Part shown: in pieces, positions 11,650 to 24,007 of the stretch
How positions within the stretch are numbered: the stretch's first letter is position 1
How the letters are laid out: the number at the start of each line of letters is the position of its first letter
Assembly (NCBI GenBank): GCA_004431415.1
Contig: QPMI01000292.1
Span: 1 to 59,907 of the forward strand
Source: Cyanophora paradoxa CCMP329
Lineage: Eukaryota > Plantae > Glaucophyta
DNA: 59,907 nucleotides
Direction of reading: 5' to 3'
Notes under the pieces: model-generated
Database searches by the model: none
Seen by the model: the letters and a program-made list of their open reading frames with translations, nothing else
What the model was told of the DNA's origin: nothing
Position numbers and translations under genes: made by a program

Positions 11650-12981
11650 CTAAACACATGCACAGGGTAAAACCATCGAGGTGGCCAGCAGCTCGGGGTT
11701 CCCCGGGGGGAGGGGAATGGGAGTCGTGGCGCACCAGACAAACAAGCGCTCGGGGGGCTCAGCGAGCTGGTGGGCGGGCGGCGGCGTCCCAGCCGGGGGG
11801 CGGCTGCTGGGCGGGGGCCTTGCCGCTGTAGGCGTTGCCCGGCCCTGCCGGCTCCTGCTGGCGGGCGCCCCCGCAGCAGCCGCCGCAGCTGCGCGGCAGG
11901 CACGAGAGGAAGCGCCAGCCCTCCTCCGCCTTCCCCGCCGCCCCCTGGCCCCCGGTGGAGGCGGCGGCGGCGGGGCCGGAGGAGGCAGAGGCGGGGAAGC
12001 GGCGAAGGGAGGGGGCGGAGGAGCCGAGGAGGCCCCCCACGAGGGCCTCCGACTCGCGGTCGCGGGGCCCCGGGGCGGGGGCGGGGCCGCCCTCGGCACG
12101 CCTCGCGGCGGGCCCGCCGCCCCAGGTCCCCTCGCTCTTGCGGGGCGGGCGGAGGGCCTCAACGCGGGGCGTCATGGGCCCCTCGGAGCGGTCCCGGCCG
12201 CCGTCGGAGGTGCGGCCCTCGGAGCCGCCCTCCTCCCCGGGGTCCGCCTGGATGACGATCTCGCCGGGGAGGGGCGCGGGGTCCCCGACGCGCGGCCGGT
12301 CCTCCACCGCGAAGTACGAGACGAAGAGGTGCAGCATCGCCGGCGCCGCGCTCTGCGCCGCCTCCCGCGGCACCAGGCTCACCCACAGGTCCGCCTCCCG
12401 CACCTCGTCCTTCCCTTGCGCCGTCATCAGCTGCCGCCGCCGCTGTCAGCGCGCCGTCGCTCGCGGCGGCAGCGGTGGGGCCCCAGCCTGCCTTGGAGAA
12501 GTTGAGGGACGCCTCGCCGATGAGCTCTCTCTCCCGCTCATCCGCGTAGACGGACACCTGGAAGCGCGTCGCGCTGTCCTCGTAGATGTCGATTTCGAAT
12601 TCTGCGGGGCGCAGGTTGGCGCGGGGCGGCTGTTTGCCATTTCCCCGGCCCGCCGGATCGGATCGGCTCGCCGCCCGCATCCGCCCTCATCCGCAAATGC
12701 TCCCATCGGGGAGGGTTGGGGCCGGCGCGGCCGGTGAGGGCTGGGGCCCACCTGCATCACTCCAGAAAGCCCGCGTATCCTGCGAAATGTGCGCGGGCGC
12801 CGCTGGCCCTGGGCGCAGGCCCTAAGCTCAAGAACAAACGACGAAAGCGTCCGCGAAGAAAACCTGATCGATGTAGGTTCTGGCCGTGCTTAAGGAGTAC
12901 ATGCGCGTGGCCGTGCGACGACAGCCGCCGTCCCGCCCCTTCCAGCACGTGACAGCTAAGGAACCTAAGGCCCGAGCTCAT
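11650..12981 (-). CDS. C2-domain protein with a low-complexity, Cys-rich C-terminal region
   Basis: Spliced MSSGLRFLSCHVLEG...AFWSDAEFEIDIY...FQVSVYADERERELIGEASLNF...DLWVSL...LHLFVSY fits the C2 beta-sandwich pattern. Ends ...SCGGCC...PCACV*. Confidence 0.6.
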
Positions 12982-13372
12982 GATCAGCTACGGCGCGCCC
13001 AGCTAAGGCACGCGGCTGAAAACGTCTGGCGCGCGCCCTACGAGGCCGAGTCCGGTGCCGTTCAGTGCAACAGGAGGTTCTAAGCTCGAGCCCTTCGTCT
13101 GCATCGCATCCGCGCCGCCTTAATCCTGATTGATTGAGCCGCAGGCCCTCGCTTGGAGCTGACAGGAGCTGAGGCTGCCTCTTTGAGATCGCTACAGACG
13201 ACGAACGCGCGCGAAGGCTCCTGTGCCGCGGCACTGGCGCGGCAGTGGCGCCCTGCGCCCGGGTACAGTGTTCTCCGCGTTTTGTCTCACCGCTCGTCGC
13301 ACATCCGATACTATCCCACGATTCACGTAGCTATCAGAGCAGCGGCTAGCCCGGCCGGGCCCCGTGCCCGCT

Positions 13373-16300
13373 ATGGGCGGCGCGGTGTCAGCGGGCCGCG
13401 AGCTCGTTGGGGAGATCGGCCGCGCCGTGCGCCCAGGAAGGGAGTCCAGATCTAGAGCGCCGGAGCAGGCCGCCTCAGCCGGCACAGCGCCGCCGGTTCA
13501 GGAGCACGCGCAGGACTCCAGGCCTGCGCATGAGAGCAAGCCAGCGGAGGCCCCCGACAGGCCTGCGCACGAGGAGGTCACCCCGGTGGTTGCGCCTGTG
13601 CCGCTCGGCAGCCCCGAGCCTCCATCATCTCCGCTTGTGGGCGCCACTCTTGTGCGGCCGCAGCCGGAGCCGCCGGCACCAGCCCCACGCCAGCCCCAAG
13701 CGAGCACAGCGGGCGCAAAGCGAGATGGCACCGCCGCCCAGGACAGCCAGCCAAAGCCGCCAAAGGCCGTCCAGCAGGCGTGGGGGCCCGCGCAGCCGTC
13801 GCCCCGCCCGCAACCGTCGCCCCGCCCCCAGCCTCGGCCGCAGCCGGACGCTGCACCGCAGCCGCCGCCCCCGAGCGCCTTGCAGCCTCCTCGAGAGTCG
13901 GTGTTTGCGGGGGCGGCGGGGAAGGACGGGCGGGCGCGCAAGGGCAAGTCCCTGGCTCAGCGCTTCGGGCGCGAGTTGGCGGCGCTGGTCGCCCAGACGG
14001 GGGGCCGCGCGCGCGGCGCCTGGCGGATGCTACAGCGCGTCGCGCGGGGCCGGCCACGGCGGAGGGAGGAGGGGGAGGGGGCGGAGGGGGAGCTCGCGGG
14101 GGCGGCGAGCGCTGGCCTCGGGGACGGTCGAACTGTCCGCGTTTTCCTCAGGTGAGCGATGCATGCGCGTCGCTGGTGGGGGCGTGGATGAGGGGGCTTG
14201 GGGCTTGCGGGGGGCGCAGCTCGACCTTCCGGGACATGCAGGCGGAGCGGTCGGAGCTCTTCCTCAAGGCCGCGCCCCTCCTCCAGGCCGAGTGCGCCGC
14301 CCGCGGCCTCTTCCTCGTCTTCATCGACCTCCGGTGCCCCACTCCTCCGCCCCCTCGCCTGCTCCACGCCCTAACGTCGCCCTCAGCTGGGGTGCGCCGG
14401 TTGGGCGCTGGGGTAGGGGGCGGGGCGGGGCGGGGTGGCGGGGTGGGGATGATGGGGCGGGCAGGGATCACCGCGGAGGAGGCGGGGTCGGGGAAGGTGC
14501 TGCTGCAGTGCCTGCGCGAGGTCGAGCGCTCCAACTTCATCGTTTTCGTCCGCCCCCGCCCCCGCCCCGCTGCTCCCAGCTCCCCCCCCCCCCCCCCCCC
14601 CCCCCGCCTACCTCGTGGCTTCCTCTTCACGCTCCCGCCCGACAAATATCGACCCATCTCGCACCTCGTCCCTCTGCCTCCGTCCCCCGCCCCCTGACGC
14701 CGGCTCTCGCAGTTTACCAAAAACCGCTACGGCTGGCACGTCCCCCCCGGCGGGAAGGACCCGCTCCTCGAGAAGTGTGGAGCCCCGCGCGATCGATCCC
14801 GTCTCCGTTCGCTCGAGCGTTTCCCCGCCGCAGGACGCTCGAGGTGGCGGCGGGGCACTACCCGTTCGTCCGGTGGTACCCCCACGCGAGTGTGACGGAG
14901 CTGGAAATCCGCCTGGGCGCCCTCCTTGACCCCAAGGCGCCCCGCCTCCCCGCCCCCGCCCCCGCGCCCCCCGACCCCGCGCCCTGCGCAGGCCGCCAAG
15001 GGCCGGGCCCTCTTCTACTTCGGGAGGGCCCCCGGGGAGGGCGGGGCCTTGCAGGCGGGGGCCACTCCGGAGCTGCCGGAGGTGGCGGAGGGGGACGAGG
15101 GGCCCTACGCGCGCGCCAAGCTCGCCGAGCTCAGGGAGGAGGTGCGCCGGGCCTCGAGCGGCGCTGTCCGGCGCCCCGCGTCGCGGCCTCACGGGGGGCG
15201 GGGCCAGATCGCGCGCGCGGGGCTGCCGGTGGCGGAGTACGATCGGCCCGAGGCGCTGGCGCGGAGCGTCGTGGCGGACCTCACCGCCCTCCTCGACGCC
15301 AGGGCCCGCCCCGCCCCGCCCGCCCCGCCCGCCCCCGCGCGAGCGCCCCGCAGCACCCGCGCCGCTCCCCGCACACCTTCGCCGAGGAGGAGGAGCTCGC
15401 CCGTGCCGCCCCCGCCCTTCCTTCCTTCCCTCCGCCCCCCGCCCACGCCCCAGCCGAGCCGGCCCGGGGCGCAGACGAGACGTTCGCGGAGAGCCGGCGG
15501 CACCTCTACATCGGTCCGCGGGGCGCGGGCGGGGGCCTCGGGGGCCGGCGCGGGCTGATGGGCGGGCAGGGCGGGGGGAGCTCTTCGGGGCGCTGGACGC
15601 GTACGCGAACGGCGCCTCGGAGGCCCTCTGCCTCGTCACCGGCCCCGTCGGCGTCGGCAAGGCGCCCCCGCCCCCGCCCACCCGCCACCCGCCCCGCACC
15701 GCCCACTCGCCCTGAGCGGCGCCGGCCGGCAGAGCGCGCTGCTGGCGAACTGGGCGCGGCACTACGCGGGGCCGCGGGGGCGGGAGTCGGCTGTCGGGCA
15801 CCACCTCTTCCTGCACTTCGCGGGGGGCTCGCAGCACAGCGCCCGCGCCTCCACCCTCGTCCGGCGCCTCCAGGTCCACCCGCCTCCCCTCCTCCCTCTC
15901 CCACCCCCTTCCGCGGCCATGGAAAGAACGAGAATGCGCTGCTCGCGGGTTGACGGGGGCGCAGGAGTGGCTGCAGGAGCGCTTCCCCCACGTGCCGCCC
16001 TTCTCGCCCTCGGACAACGACGCCGAGACCCTCCCCGCCTTCGCCGCCTGGCTCGAGGAGCACAGGTGCCGCCCCGCCCGCCGCCCTGCCCACCGCCCGC
16101 CCCCGTCGGCGGCTGAGGGGCGGGGCAGCCGGGCGGGGCGGGCGCCGACGGCGGTGGCGGGGAAGCAGCAGCGGCGGGGTTCGGCGGCGCCGCCCCAGGG
16201 CTTCACCCACAAGGTCATCCTCGTCGTCGACGGCGCCAGTGCGCCCCGCCCCGCTCCTCGCCCCGAGCCCCCGACCCCGCCTCTCATCCCCCGGCCTCGG

Positions 16301-19300
16301 CGGCGGCAGACGAGCTGGAGGCGAGCGTGCCGGGCCAGCGGCCGCGGCCCGGGGCGGTCTCGTGGATCCCGGCGCGGGCCTCGCCGCTGCTGCGGGTGAT
16401 CGTGTCCTCGGGGCCCTCGGAGGCGCTCGAGGCGCTCCGCCGCCGCCGCGCCGCCGCGCTCCTCGTGCGGCCGGCCGCGCGCTCAGGGCGGCGGGGCCTG
16501 ACGGGGGGCGGGGGCGCAGGAGGTGGCGGTGGAGCCGCTGGGCCCGCCCTCCGTCGCCGAGCTCGTCCGCGCCGACCTCCGCGCCGCCGGCAAGGCCCGC
16601 CGCCCCCGCCCGCCCCCTCCACCTGCTTTTGCCCCCCGCCCGCCCCGCTCACGGCCCCTGCCCCCTCCTCCGCAGAGCCTCACGGACGAGCAGGTCCGCC
16701 CGCCTCCGCGGCTTCCTGCTCCCCCGCTTGGCGTTCCCTGAGCTGGGAGGCGGGGCGGGCAGGTGGAGCGGGTGGTGTCGGGCCCGCTGTCGCGCATCCC
16801 CGTCGCCCTCAAGACGATCCTGGCGCAGATCAAGGCCCGCGGCAGCGCCCCGGGGGGTCCCCGCCCGGAGCGCCCCGCCTGAGGGGCCCGGGGGCGCAGG
16901 CGACGGGCACGCACGAGACGCTCGACCAGGAGATCAGTGCGCGGGGCGGGGCGTCGGGGTCGGGGGTGAGCTGGGGTGAGGGGGCGGGGCGCGGGGGGCC
17001 AGACATGCTGCTGGAGTGCTCGGACTCGCTCGCCCTCAACTCCCTCGTCCTCGCCCGCCTCGAGGCCTCCTACTCCCAGGCCCGTCCTCGCACCATGCCT
17101 GGCCCCCGCGCGGCCTAACGGGCGGGCGCGCAGCCGCCGGGGCACCTGCTGCGCAACGCCCTCTGCCTCGTCCACTGCTCCCGCCGCGGCCTCTCCGAGT
17201 TCGAGCTCCAGGTCCCCCGCCCTCTCTTCCTTCGGGAGAGCCACGGCGGCGGGCGGCTCGCCGGCTGACGGGGCGGCGCAGTCACTGCTGGCGGCGCCGG
17301 CGACGACGCGGCGGCCCGGGGGCGAGGAGGCCCCCGGGCAGCAGCAGGCCGCCTCCCCGCTCCTCTTCTCCGAGATGGCGCGCCCCGCCCCGCCCCGGCC
17401 GGCTCGTGCGGGGGCGAGCGGGGCGGCGCAGTTCGCGGCCGTCTCGTTCATCCTGACGCCGCGGGGCGGCTTCTACACCTTCTCCCACCGCACCTGGGAG
17501 GAGGCCGTCGAGGCCAAGTTCCGGTCCGCCCCGCCCCGCCCGCCCCGCCGCCCGAGGCCCCGCATCACGGGGGCGCTGCAGGCTGCAGGAGGAGCGCGCC
17601 CGCGCCCCCTACCACCGCACCCTCGCGAACTACTTCGGCCCGCCCCAGCCCCGCCCCGGCCCGGGGCGGCGGCGCTGAGGGCGGGGCGCAGGGGGGCAGT
17701 CAGGGTCGGAGCGGCGGGCGCAGGAGCTGCCGTGGCAGCTGCTGAAGGCGGGGCGGCGGGCGGAGGCGGCGGAGGTCCTCTCCGAGCTCGACACCCTCGC
17801 CCGCCTCCGCGGCGACCTCACCCTCGTCGAGGCCCGTCGCCCCCGCCCCCGCCCCAGCCCCGCACCGCCCCCGCCGGCCCCCCGAGCGGGTGGCAGGCCT
17901 GGCGCGCGACGGGGCTCGTGGACGAGGCCCCCGCGAGGATCGAGAAGGCGCGCCGCCCGCCGCGCCGCGGGGCGCGGGGCGATGGCGATGGGGCGGGCAG
18001 GCGGTGGGGGACTTCGAGGTGCGGACGGGAACGGAGCTGGAGGCGCTCGCCCTGCAGGCCGACCCCCGCGCCTCCGCCCGCTTCTACGCCGCCCTCGTCC
18101 GCCCCCCGCCCCCCCCCCCCCCCCCCCCCGCCCCCCCGCCCCCCGCCCTCCCCCGCCCCCGCCCCGCTCGCGCGACGGGGCGGGCGCAGGCGAACCACCT
18201 GACGGACTGCGGGCTGCTGCTGCGGGCGCTCGGCTTCTTCTCCCGCGCCGTCCCCTTCCTCCAGCGCTCCCTCGCCGCCCGCGAGCGCCTCTACGCCGCC
18301 GACGGCGAGGCCCGCCCCCTCCCCGCCCCCGCAGAACCCTGCGCGCCGCGGGGCAGGGGGCGAGGGGGCGGGGCGGGGCGCAGGTGAGCGCGGAGGAGGC
18401 GTCGCGGCTGGCGCTGGCGGCGGCCAACCTCGGGGCCCTCCTCGAGGAGGCCCGCCCCCGCCCGAGGCCGGCGCCTGCGCCCCCTGACGGCGCGCCAGGT
18501 GGGGGAGTACAAGAAGGCGGTCCCCTTGCTCCAGCGCGCCCTCGACCTCCAGGCCCGCCCCGCCCCGCCTGCCCGCGGCCGCCGCCGGCCTGACGCGGGG
18601 CCGCCCGCGGCAGGTGCCGGGGACGTCGGCGTGGGCGACTTACGCCGTCTCCCTCGCCGCCTCCCTCCGCAACTTCGGCGAGGCGCGCCCCGCCGCCCGC
18701 CCCGAGACCCCGCCCCGCCCCCCGCTCACCGCCCCCGGCAGTTCGCCAAGGCCGAGGCGCTGCTCTCGCAGGTCCAACCCCGGCCGGCCTGAAATCAAAG
18801 CCCGGCGCCGGCCGACCCGCGCTGCTCGCGCAGGCGGCGAGCATCGCGGAGGCGACGCACGGGCCCGTCTCCCCCTCCCTCGCCCCCGCCCTCCAGGTCC
18901 CCCCCCCCCCCCCCCGCCCGCCCCGCCCGCCGTGCGCCGGCGACGGGGCGGCGGGGGCCGGGGGCAGGGCCTGGCGGCGGTCTTCTCGGACAGCGGGGAG
19001 GCGGAGCGGGCGCTGGCCCTCCACCAGCGCGTCCTCGCCATCCAGGAGGGCGCCTACGGCCCCCGCCACCCCGCCGTCGCCAGGTCCCCGCACCCCACAG
19101 CCCACCGCCCCGCCACCTCCCGCCGGAGCCTCTGAGGGGCGGGGCCGGGGGCGGGCAGCGCGCTGAACAACGTGGCGTTCACGCTCTCGCACTTGGAGCG
19201 GCCCGGGGAGGCGCTGCCGCTGCTGCAGCGCGCGCAGTCTATCTACACCGACATCTTCGGCGAGGTGCGCGCGCGCCCCGCCGCCCCGCCCCGCGCCCCG

Positions 19301-20923
19301 GCCGACGCGGGGCGGGGTGTGCGGCTCGTGAAGGAGCACCCCGCGCTGGGGGCCGTGCTGAACAACACGGGGGAGGTGCTGCGCGAGCTCGGGCGCACGC
19401 GCGAGGCCATCGACGCCTTCCAGCGCTCCCTGCACGCGCGCCCCCCCGGCCGCCGCCCGCCGCGCCCGCCGCGAGCTTTTGCCGGCGCAGGTGCGGGAGG
19501 CGGCCTTCGGCGTCGACAACGCCGACGTCGCCACCTCCCTCGTGAGCGCCCCCGCCCGCCCCGCCCCGCCCCGCCCCGCCCCGCCCGAGGGCGAGGGCCT
19601 CGCCGCAGAACAACCTCGGCTCGGCGCTCGAGGAGGCCGGGGAGGTGGAGCGCGCGGTGCCCCCGCCCCGCCCCGCCCTTGCGCCCCCTCGCCGCCCTGA
19701 CGCCCCGGCGGCGGCCAGCTGCCGCTGCTCGAGCTGAGCCTCAAGATTCGCGAGCACGTCTTCGGGCCCACGCACGTGCGCCGCGCCGCCGGCCGCCGCC
19801 TCGGCCCCGGGGCGCCTCACGGGGCGGGGTAGGCGTCGACGTCGCTGGCGCTGAACAACCTGGCGGACGCGTACCGGCGGCGGGGCCGGCTCACGGACGA
19901 GGCGATCCCGCGCTACGAGCGCGCCCTCGAGATCATGGAGGCCGTGCACGGGGTCCACGCCCCGCCCCGCCGCCCCGCCCCGGGCCCCGCCCGACGCCGC
20001 CGGCGCGCAGGCGGTCTCCCGCCAGACCCTCGCCACCCTCGAGAACCTCGTGCGCGCCCTCGCCGCCGCCCCGCCCCCGCTCGCGAGCCGAGCGCGGCGC
20101 CCAGGCCATCGCGTGCGACGACGCGAAGCAGCGCGACAAGGCCGTGCGCCCGCTCGCTCGGCGCTCGATGGCGCCGGCGAGCTGAGCGGGCGGGGGTGGC
20201 GGGCAGGTGGCGGCCTACGAGCGTGCGATCGCGCTGACGGAGAAGCTCTTCGCGCGGCCCGACGAGCGCTACGAGACGAGCGTCCTCCTCTCCAACCTCG
20301 CCATGCTCTACGGCCCGCCCCGCCCCGACCCGCCCCGCGCCGCGCCTCCGGGGCCTGAGGCCGCGTGGCAGAGGACGTCGAGCGCGCGGAGGAGGCGGTC
20401 GCGGCGTACCGGCGGGCGCTGGTGGGGCGGGAGGCGCGCTTCGGGCGGGAGAGCCCCGAGGTGGCCCTGCTGCTCATGAACATGGGCGGCCTCCTCGTCG
20501 ACCTCGACAAGGCCCGCCCCGCCCCGCCCCGCCCCCGAGCCTCCGAGCCCTCACCCCGCCCCGCAGCTGCCTGAGGCGGTGGAGTGCCTGCAGCGCGCCG
20601 TCGCCATCCACTCGGCCCGCAGGTCCGCCCCGCGCCCCTCTCCCTCCTCTACATCCCCCCCGGCCGCGGGGCCGTCTCCTGCTAGGGAGCGTTGGGTTGC
20701 CCCGCGCGGGCGGCGGCGTGACTGAGGCTCGGGGGCAGCGGCCCGCGACACCCCGACACCGCCTCCGCCGCCGACTTCCTCGCCACGGGTGCCCCGCCCC
20801 GTCCACCGCCGCCGCGCCGCCGCCCCGCCGCCTGCGGGGCTCAGGGGGCGCCTCGGGGGCGCAGTGTACGAGTCGGTGGGGGAGGAGATGGCTGCTGCGG
20901 AGATCCGTGAGAAGCACTGCTGA
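13373..20923 (+). CDS. NPHP3-like DUF4062-NACHT-TPR protein (~46 introns), N-myristoylation motif
   Basis: MGGAVS start; VRVFLSSTFRDMQAER...FIDLRWGIT (DUF4062); P-loop GPVGVGKSALLANWA; Walker B VILVVDG; many kinesin-light-chain-type TPRs (HPAVASALNNVA, VLNNTGEVL, ALNNLADAY). Stop at 20923. Confidence 0.85.
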
Positions 20924-21352
20924 GGCGTGGCGGCCACCAACCCCGATCTCGCTCGTCGCACGGGAGCCCTCCACTGAGTCCTCCACTGCGGCCTCGGGCC
21001 TCGGAAGCCTCTCACGGTCAACTGCAGTCCTCCCAGGCGCAGCTGACGGCTTCTGGCGGGCCTCGTCCGTACATCTCTGCATGTAGTCATCATGCACTCT
21101 GAGAATTCGTGTAGAGCGTTTTGCAATTGGTCTTCTCTGCGTGTAGTTGTTGTGTGCTTTGCCCAATTTGTACATGTTTCGTTATGCGTATGTAGAGCCT
21201 AGGCCTCGGAGCTCACCGGCTCAACAGTCTGATGATGAGCTCGATCGCGAGTCGCTGATTCACTAGTGTAATGATCATGAGAAGCTTGAAGCCTCAGGGC
21301 CGTAGTATCTAGTGATCATCATATTTCGTAGCCTAGTAGTATGCGTAATAAA

Positions 21353-21927
21353 GGGCCACTGACTTGCTTAGCGCGTAATAAACTTGAAAGGGCCGTCATT
21401 TGTCCCTGTCCGTCCGACTGTCTCCTTCGGGCCCAACCCTACCCCAAATTTAAATCCCGGGCACACGGCCGCGGGCCCGGGGCACAACTTGGCAACTTGC
21501 CAAGTTGGGAAGGTATGCGAGCCATCCCCCCGCGTCCTACACGTATATATACCTACCTCAAGGCCTCTTCTCAGAGTCTAGCCTCCTACTCGAATTTAGC
21601 TATAGCTATAGCGCCTGCCAGCAGGCTGGAAGACTCTGAGACAGCTCGCCTGGCCCGGAACTTCGGAAACCATGGCACCCGGTCTTGAGTCCGCTCGCCG
21701 CGCCGGGCGCCGCGGCACTCGGCTACGTACGCCGTACGCCTTCTGAACTTCGGAAATTCTGCTTTTCTTCCTTTGAATTGGAACTCGCAACATTTCTTCC
21801 TTTTATTGCTTTAGATCAGCTAGATCTCCGGATTTGCCAAGTCGAGCCGTCGTCCCGCAAGCCTAGCTGTTGGTTAATTTCCCTTCCCCGCCGGACCCAA
21901 CTGACGCGCTCAGCAAGTCAGTGGCCC
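21353..21927. mobile_element. MITE / non-autonomous DNA transposon (~575 bp), possibly PIF/Harbinger-type
   Basis: 24-bp TIRs GGGCCACTGACTTGCT(T/G)AGCGCGT at 21353-21376 and, inverted, at 21904-21927 (1 mismatch). No recognisable coding capacity. A second partial copy lies at 50257. The TSD is not clear. Confidence 0.8.
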
Positions 21928-22361
21928 GGCGGCTCTTCATTCTATGATATTTACAAGCCTACTGGCAAGTACTAGTTCATGATCAGCACAAATTAAAGAA
22001 AAAGTGCAATTTAGTAACGCAGTGCGGCAAGCACAGTGCACTTGCAAGTGCCCGTGGTTCAACGCCCGGTGCAGACTGAGCACGTCATACGAGCCTAGTA
22101 GTACGTGCGCACCCGGGGGCCAACCCCTAGGGCCCGCGCCGCGCGGCGGCCTTGATCATGAGCAAGCCCCCTTGAAGCCTCAGGGTCAAGTGCTGGCCCC
22201 ACCAGGCCCAGTCGTCGAGGCCTACGAGCGAGGCTCGCGCGCCCCGAGAGAACGAGGGACCGACTGCGGTGAATGGGGGGCGCTGGGGCCTTCAGCTGCG
22301 CGGTCCTATTCATACAAGGGGTGCATGCCTTCGCGGGACGGGGCGGGGCGGGGCGCTGGGG

Positions 22362-23710
22362 CTACGCCTGGACGGGGGCGCCGGCGAGCTTCTCGACCTT
22401 CTCGCGGAGCTCGGCCTCCTTGGCGCCCGACACGAGGTCCACCGTCTCCCCGTTCTTGAACAGCTGCGCGCGCCCCCCGGGCCCCCGCCCGCCCCCGTCA
22501 CCCTCCGCCCCGCACCGCCCCGCGGGAACGGCCGCTCGGGGGCGTCCTCGGGGGTGGGCCCCTTGGGGAGGGGCTCTGGAGCTGACGCGGGGGGCGGGGG
22601 GCGGGGGGCGGGGGCGGGGACGGGCCAGGTACGTGGGGACGGACTTGACGTTGAACTTCTTGCAGAGGCCCACCATGTCCGCGTTCTTGTCCCCCTGCGC
22701 CCGCGCCTCAGCCCGCCCCCGCCCCCGCCCCCGGCCCCGCCCCGGAGCGCGCCACACTCTCCCGCCGGGAAGCCCCGGGCCCCTGGGCATACAGCTGGCG
22801 CTCCCGCGGCCCCGCGCGAGCTGATCGGGGAGCTAGGGCGGGCGCCGCGCGCCTCCGCACGGGACTCGAGGATGGGAGGGATGGAAGGGGGGCTGAATCG
22901 GGGTGGGGGGCGTGGCGGGTTGTCGCGGGGCGCACCATGCACTTGAGGAAGACGGCGCTGGCGAACTGCTCGCTCATCGCCTGCCGCCCCGACCTCGGCG
23001 CCCCGCCCGAGAGCCCCGCCCCGCGCCCCCCGGGCCCGCCCCCAGCGCCCCCGCGCCCCGCACCTCGTACTTGGGAGCCATGACTGCGGGGAGAGGCGAG
23101 GCGGCGGTGAGTTGCGCGGCCGCGGGCAGGCGGGGGCGGGGCGCGGGGGTGGGGGCGGGGGCGGGCGGACCTTTGCAGGGCCCGCACCAGGTGGTGGAGA
23201 TGTTGAGGACGACCAGCGCATCGCCGGCGGCCGACAGGCTCGCCTCGAACTCCGCCTCGGACTCGACCTCGCTCACCTTCGCCTCCGCCGCCTCGAACTG
23301 CGCCGCTGCGTCGCGCAGTGCCGAAACCGGGGAACGTGCCGATAGGATTCTCTAGATGTAGCCGCGAGAGCGCGCCATCATTATAAGACGATTCAGACGT
23401 ATCTATGCATAGGGCTGATAAGCGGCCGCGACTCGGCCCGCGGCGCCGCCGGCCGGGCGTTATTACAGTGCTGCACGCGTCGCGACCCTTTCGTCCACGA
23501 ACCCGGTAGGCGGGCCGGCGGGCGGAGGCCGGAGTAGCACGAACAGAAGAGCAGCCTGCCGACCGGGTCAGCGCCGGGAACGCGGCGGGCGGCGCGGCCG
23601 GTTCGGGTCGCTTTATTGCCTGCCCCTCGGAACGACGGGGGCGCACCAACGAACTCGGTCTTGAGGGACCGGCGGGCAGAGATAACCGGGGCGGTGAACA
23701 CGAACGCCAT
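22362..23710 (-). CDS. Plastid-targeted thioredoxin (f-type-like)
   Basis: MAFVFTAPVISARRSL transit peptide. Mature part LVVLNISTTWCGPCKVMAPKYE...FLKCM...FNVKSVPTYLLFKNGETVDLVSGAK has the WCGPC active site and cis-Pro loop. Confidence 0.9.
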
Positions 23711-24007
23711 TGCTGCGAACTTCGATCCTCTTAATGCTGACCGGGGTACCGACGAACACGATTTAGGGGTACCGAACAAACGAAGAACGCCGGTCAAGTT
23801 GCGAAGGGTGCCGCGGCCGCGCTCTCTAGCTGCGCACGATTATCCTTCGGGCTCTGGTGCCTCTCCGGTTGGCGGCGGCGCTTGGCGCTGCACCGCGGCG
23901 GCGCACGCCGCGGAGGAAGCTGGCTGCCAGGCGGCCCGGCCAGCTGGTTGCTTAGCTTTGCTGCACACGCTAGGCACTCCGTCGATATCTAGCTAGCCGA
24001 GGAGCGG

